From positions 1 through 36,408 of IMG/VR virus record IMGVR_UViG_3300028588_000056: a DNA stretch of 36,408 nt. One strand, written 5' to 3'. Each line of letters starts with the position of its first letter. Positions within the stretch are counted from its first letter, which is position 1. The translations under genes and the position numbers were made by a program. The notes below the pieces were generated by a model. That model worked only from the letters and a program-made list of their open reading frames with translations. It searched no databases and was not told where the DNA came from. This document shows positions 35,184 to 36,408 of the stretch, in pieces. The stretch is from a virus. Its lineage: Duplodnaviria > Caudoviricetes.

Positions 35184-36325
35184 ACGCGCGGCGCCAGATC
35201 AAGAGCAACCGCTTCCTGCCAGAGTTCGTCACCAGGTTCATTGATCGCCATGGCAAGGAACGCCTGCGATTCCGCCGCAAGGGCTATCCCAGTTGCTACT
35301 TCAAGGCTGCGCTGGGCACCGAAGCGTTCCGGATCGAATATGCAGCGTTCATGGATCCAGCCGCGCCGCTCGCCGCAGCGCGGGCCCGGGCTCTGGAGAG
35401 GACAACGCCCGGCTCCCTTGATGATCTCTTTATGCGCTACGTCGCCACGCCCGAGCGGCTAGGGCCGACCGAAGCAACACAGAAGCGCGTCCGCGGCGTA
35501 CTGGAACGCTTCATCGAGGGCCGCGGCGACCGGATGGTTGGCGACATTCGCTTCGAGCATCTGGACGCCATCATCGCCAGGGAGCGGGTGAAGCGCCAGC
35601 ATGGCCGGCGCGTGACGGGCGGGATCGAGTCCGCCAAGAAGCTGCGCAAGGAACTGGTGCGCCTGTTCGCCTTTGCGGTGAAGATCGGCATGTGCCGGTC
35701 GAACCCGGTAGATCACACCGACCGCATCAAGGTCGCACCAGCAGCGCGATCAGGTGGCTATCACACCTGGACGGAAGACGAGATCCAGCAGTACCGGGCG
35801 CACCACCAGCTCGGCACTATGGCGCGGCTGTCGATGGAGCTGATGCTCTGGACCGACCAGCGCCGCAGCGACGTGATCCACCTCGGCCGGCAACACATTC
35901 AGGACGGACGCTTCCGCATCACGCAGGGCAAGACGGGCAAGACGCTCTGGATACCGATCGCGCCGCAGCTGCTGGTGGCGATCGTCGCCATGCCGCCGAC
36001 GCAAGCCCTCTGCTTCATCCTGTCCGAGCATGGCCGGCCCTACAGAAAGGAAAGCTTCGGTAATCGCTTCCGCAAATGGTGCGACGACGCCGGCCTGCCG
36101 CAATGCACCGCGCACGGCCTGCGCAAGGCCACTATGCGCCGCATGGCCGAACTCGACATGGGCAATCAGACCATGAAGGCAATGTCGGGACATTCGAAGG
36201 ATGACGAGGTCGCGCGCTACACCCGCGACGCCAGTCAGAAGCGCATGGCGGACACCGCCGTGGCCGCGCTGGCACGCTGGGAAAAGGCTCGCGATAGCGA
36301 TGCTTCTGCCGCAGCTGGTGTCTAA
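35180..36325 (+). CDS. int: Tyrosine recombinase (phage integrase)
   Basis: TDQRRSD (R), QGKTG (K), HGLRK (HxxR), GH, RY catalytic residues. Confidence 0.96.
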   Translation: MNARRQIKSNRFLPEFVTRFIDRHGKERLRFRRKGYPSCYFKAALGTEAFRIEYAAFMDPAAPLAAARARALERTTPGSLDDLFMRYVATPERLGPTEATQKRVRGVLERFIEGRGDRMVGDIRFEHLDAIIARERVKRQHGRRVTGGIESAKKLRKELVRLFAFAVKIGMCRSNPVDHTDRIKVAPAARSGGYHTWTEDEIQQYRAHHQLGTMARLSMELMLWTDQRRSDVIHLGRQHIQDGRFRITQGKTGKTLWIPIAPQLLVAIVAMPPTQALCFILSEHGRPYRKESFGNRFRKWCDDAGLPQCTAHGLRKATMRRMAELDMGNQTMKAMSGHSKDDEVARYTRDASQKRMADTAVAALARWEKARDSDASAAAGV

Positions 36326-36348
36326 CCTTGTCGATTGGTTAGACACCA
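36316..36348. repeat. 12-bp perfect inverted repeat, candidate integrase arm-type sites or terminator
   Basis: TGGTGTCTAACC-N9-GGTTAGACACCA spanning the int stop codon. Confidence 0.7.
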
Positions 36349-36392
36349 ACCTCCCTGAAAATGGCGAAAAACTGCCGTTTCTTGGAAGGTGA

Positions 36393-36408
36393 TGGTGCCC
36401 CTGGCCGG
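36393..36408 (-). tRNA. 3' end of a tRNA (probably tRNA-Leu), att core; truncated by window edge
   Basis: Minus strand CCGGCCAGGGGCACCA = T-stem 3' arm, acceptor stem, discriminator A, CCA; identity from recollection of alphaproteobacterial tRNA-Leu ends, anticodon not visible. Confidence 0.7.

Larger units (their letters stand above)
1..36408. mobile_element. Temperate prophage (HK97/lambda-like siphovirus), left end outside window
   Basis: Canonical module order integrase-early-immunity-replication-packaging-head-tail; tRNA 3'-end att core at right edge; extensive ATGA/GTGA translational coupling. Confidence 0.97.

Noticed and set aside
1-36408. CRISPR array, diversity-generating retroelement, invertible tail cassette, IS element, lysis cassette
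   Set aside because: No regularly spaced repeats, reverse transcriptase, invertase, transposase or endolysin/holin seen in the window

Overview
The window is most of a temperate, HK97/lambda-like siphoviral prophage in a GC-rich alphaproteobacterium. A Sphingomonadaceae host is inferred from gene content and not verified. The right edge has a tyrosine integrase, a 12-bp inverted repeat and a tRNA 3'-end att core. Moving left come a rightward early operon (excisionase-like gene, large repeat-containing C5 DNA methyltransferase, MazG-like and cupin genes) and an immunity region (cI/cro with five GTTCGA-N4-TCGAAC operators). A leftward early/replication operon follows (cII-like, HTH genes, beta clamp, wHTH-GapR fusion, TraR-like fusion, SSB, Prim-Pol/D5 primase-helicase, iteron-like repeats). 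Then come a putative late regulator and the late operon: HNH, terminases, portal, S49 protease, capsid, head-tail genes, tail tube, G/GT chaperones with a GGGAAAG -1 frameshift site, a two-gene moron, tape measure and a large tail-tip/fibre gene that runs off the left edge. Lysis genes and the second att site are not in the window. The most notable candidates are a cluster of host-machinery homologues (clamp, GapR, TraR, SSB, and a primase with an SSB-like tail), a cupin-MazG-MTase cassette, a structured in-frame insert in the MTase, and the fused/duplicated tail-tip architecture. All family assignments are from motif recognition by eye; no searches were run.
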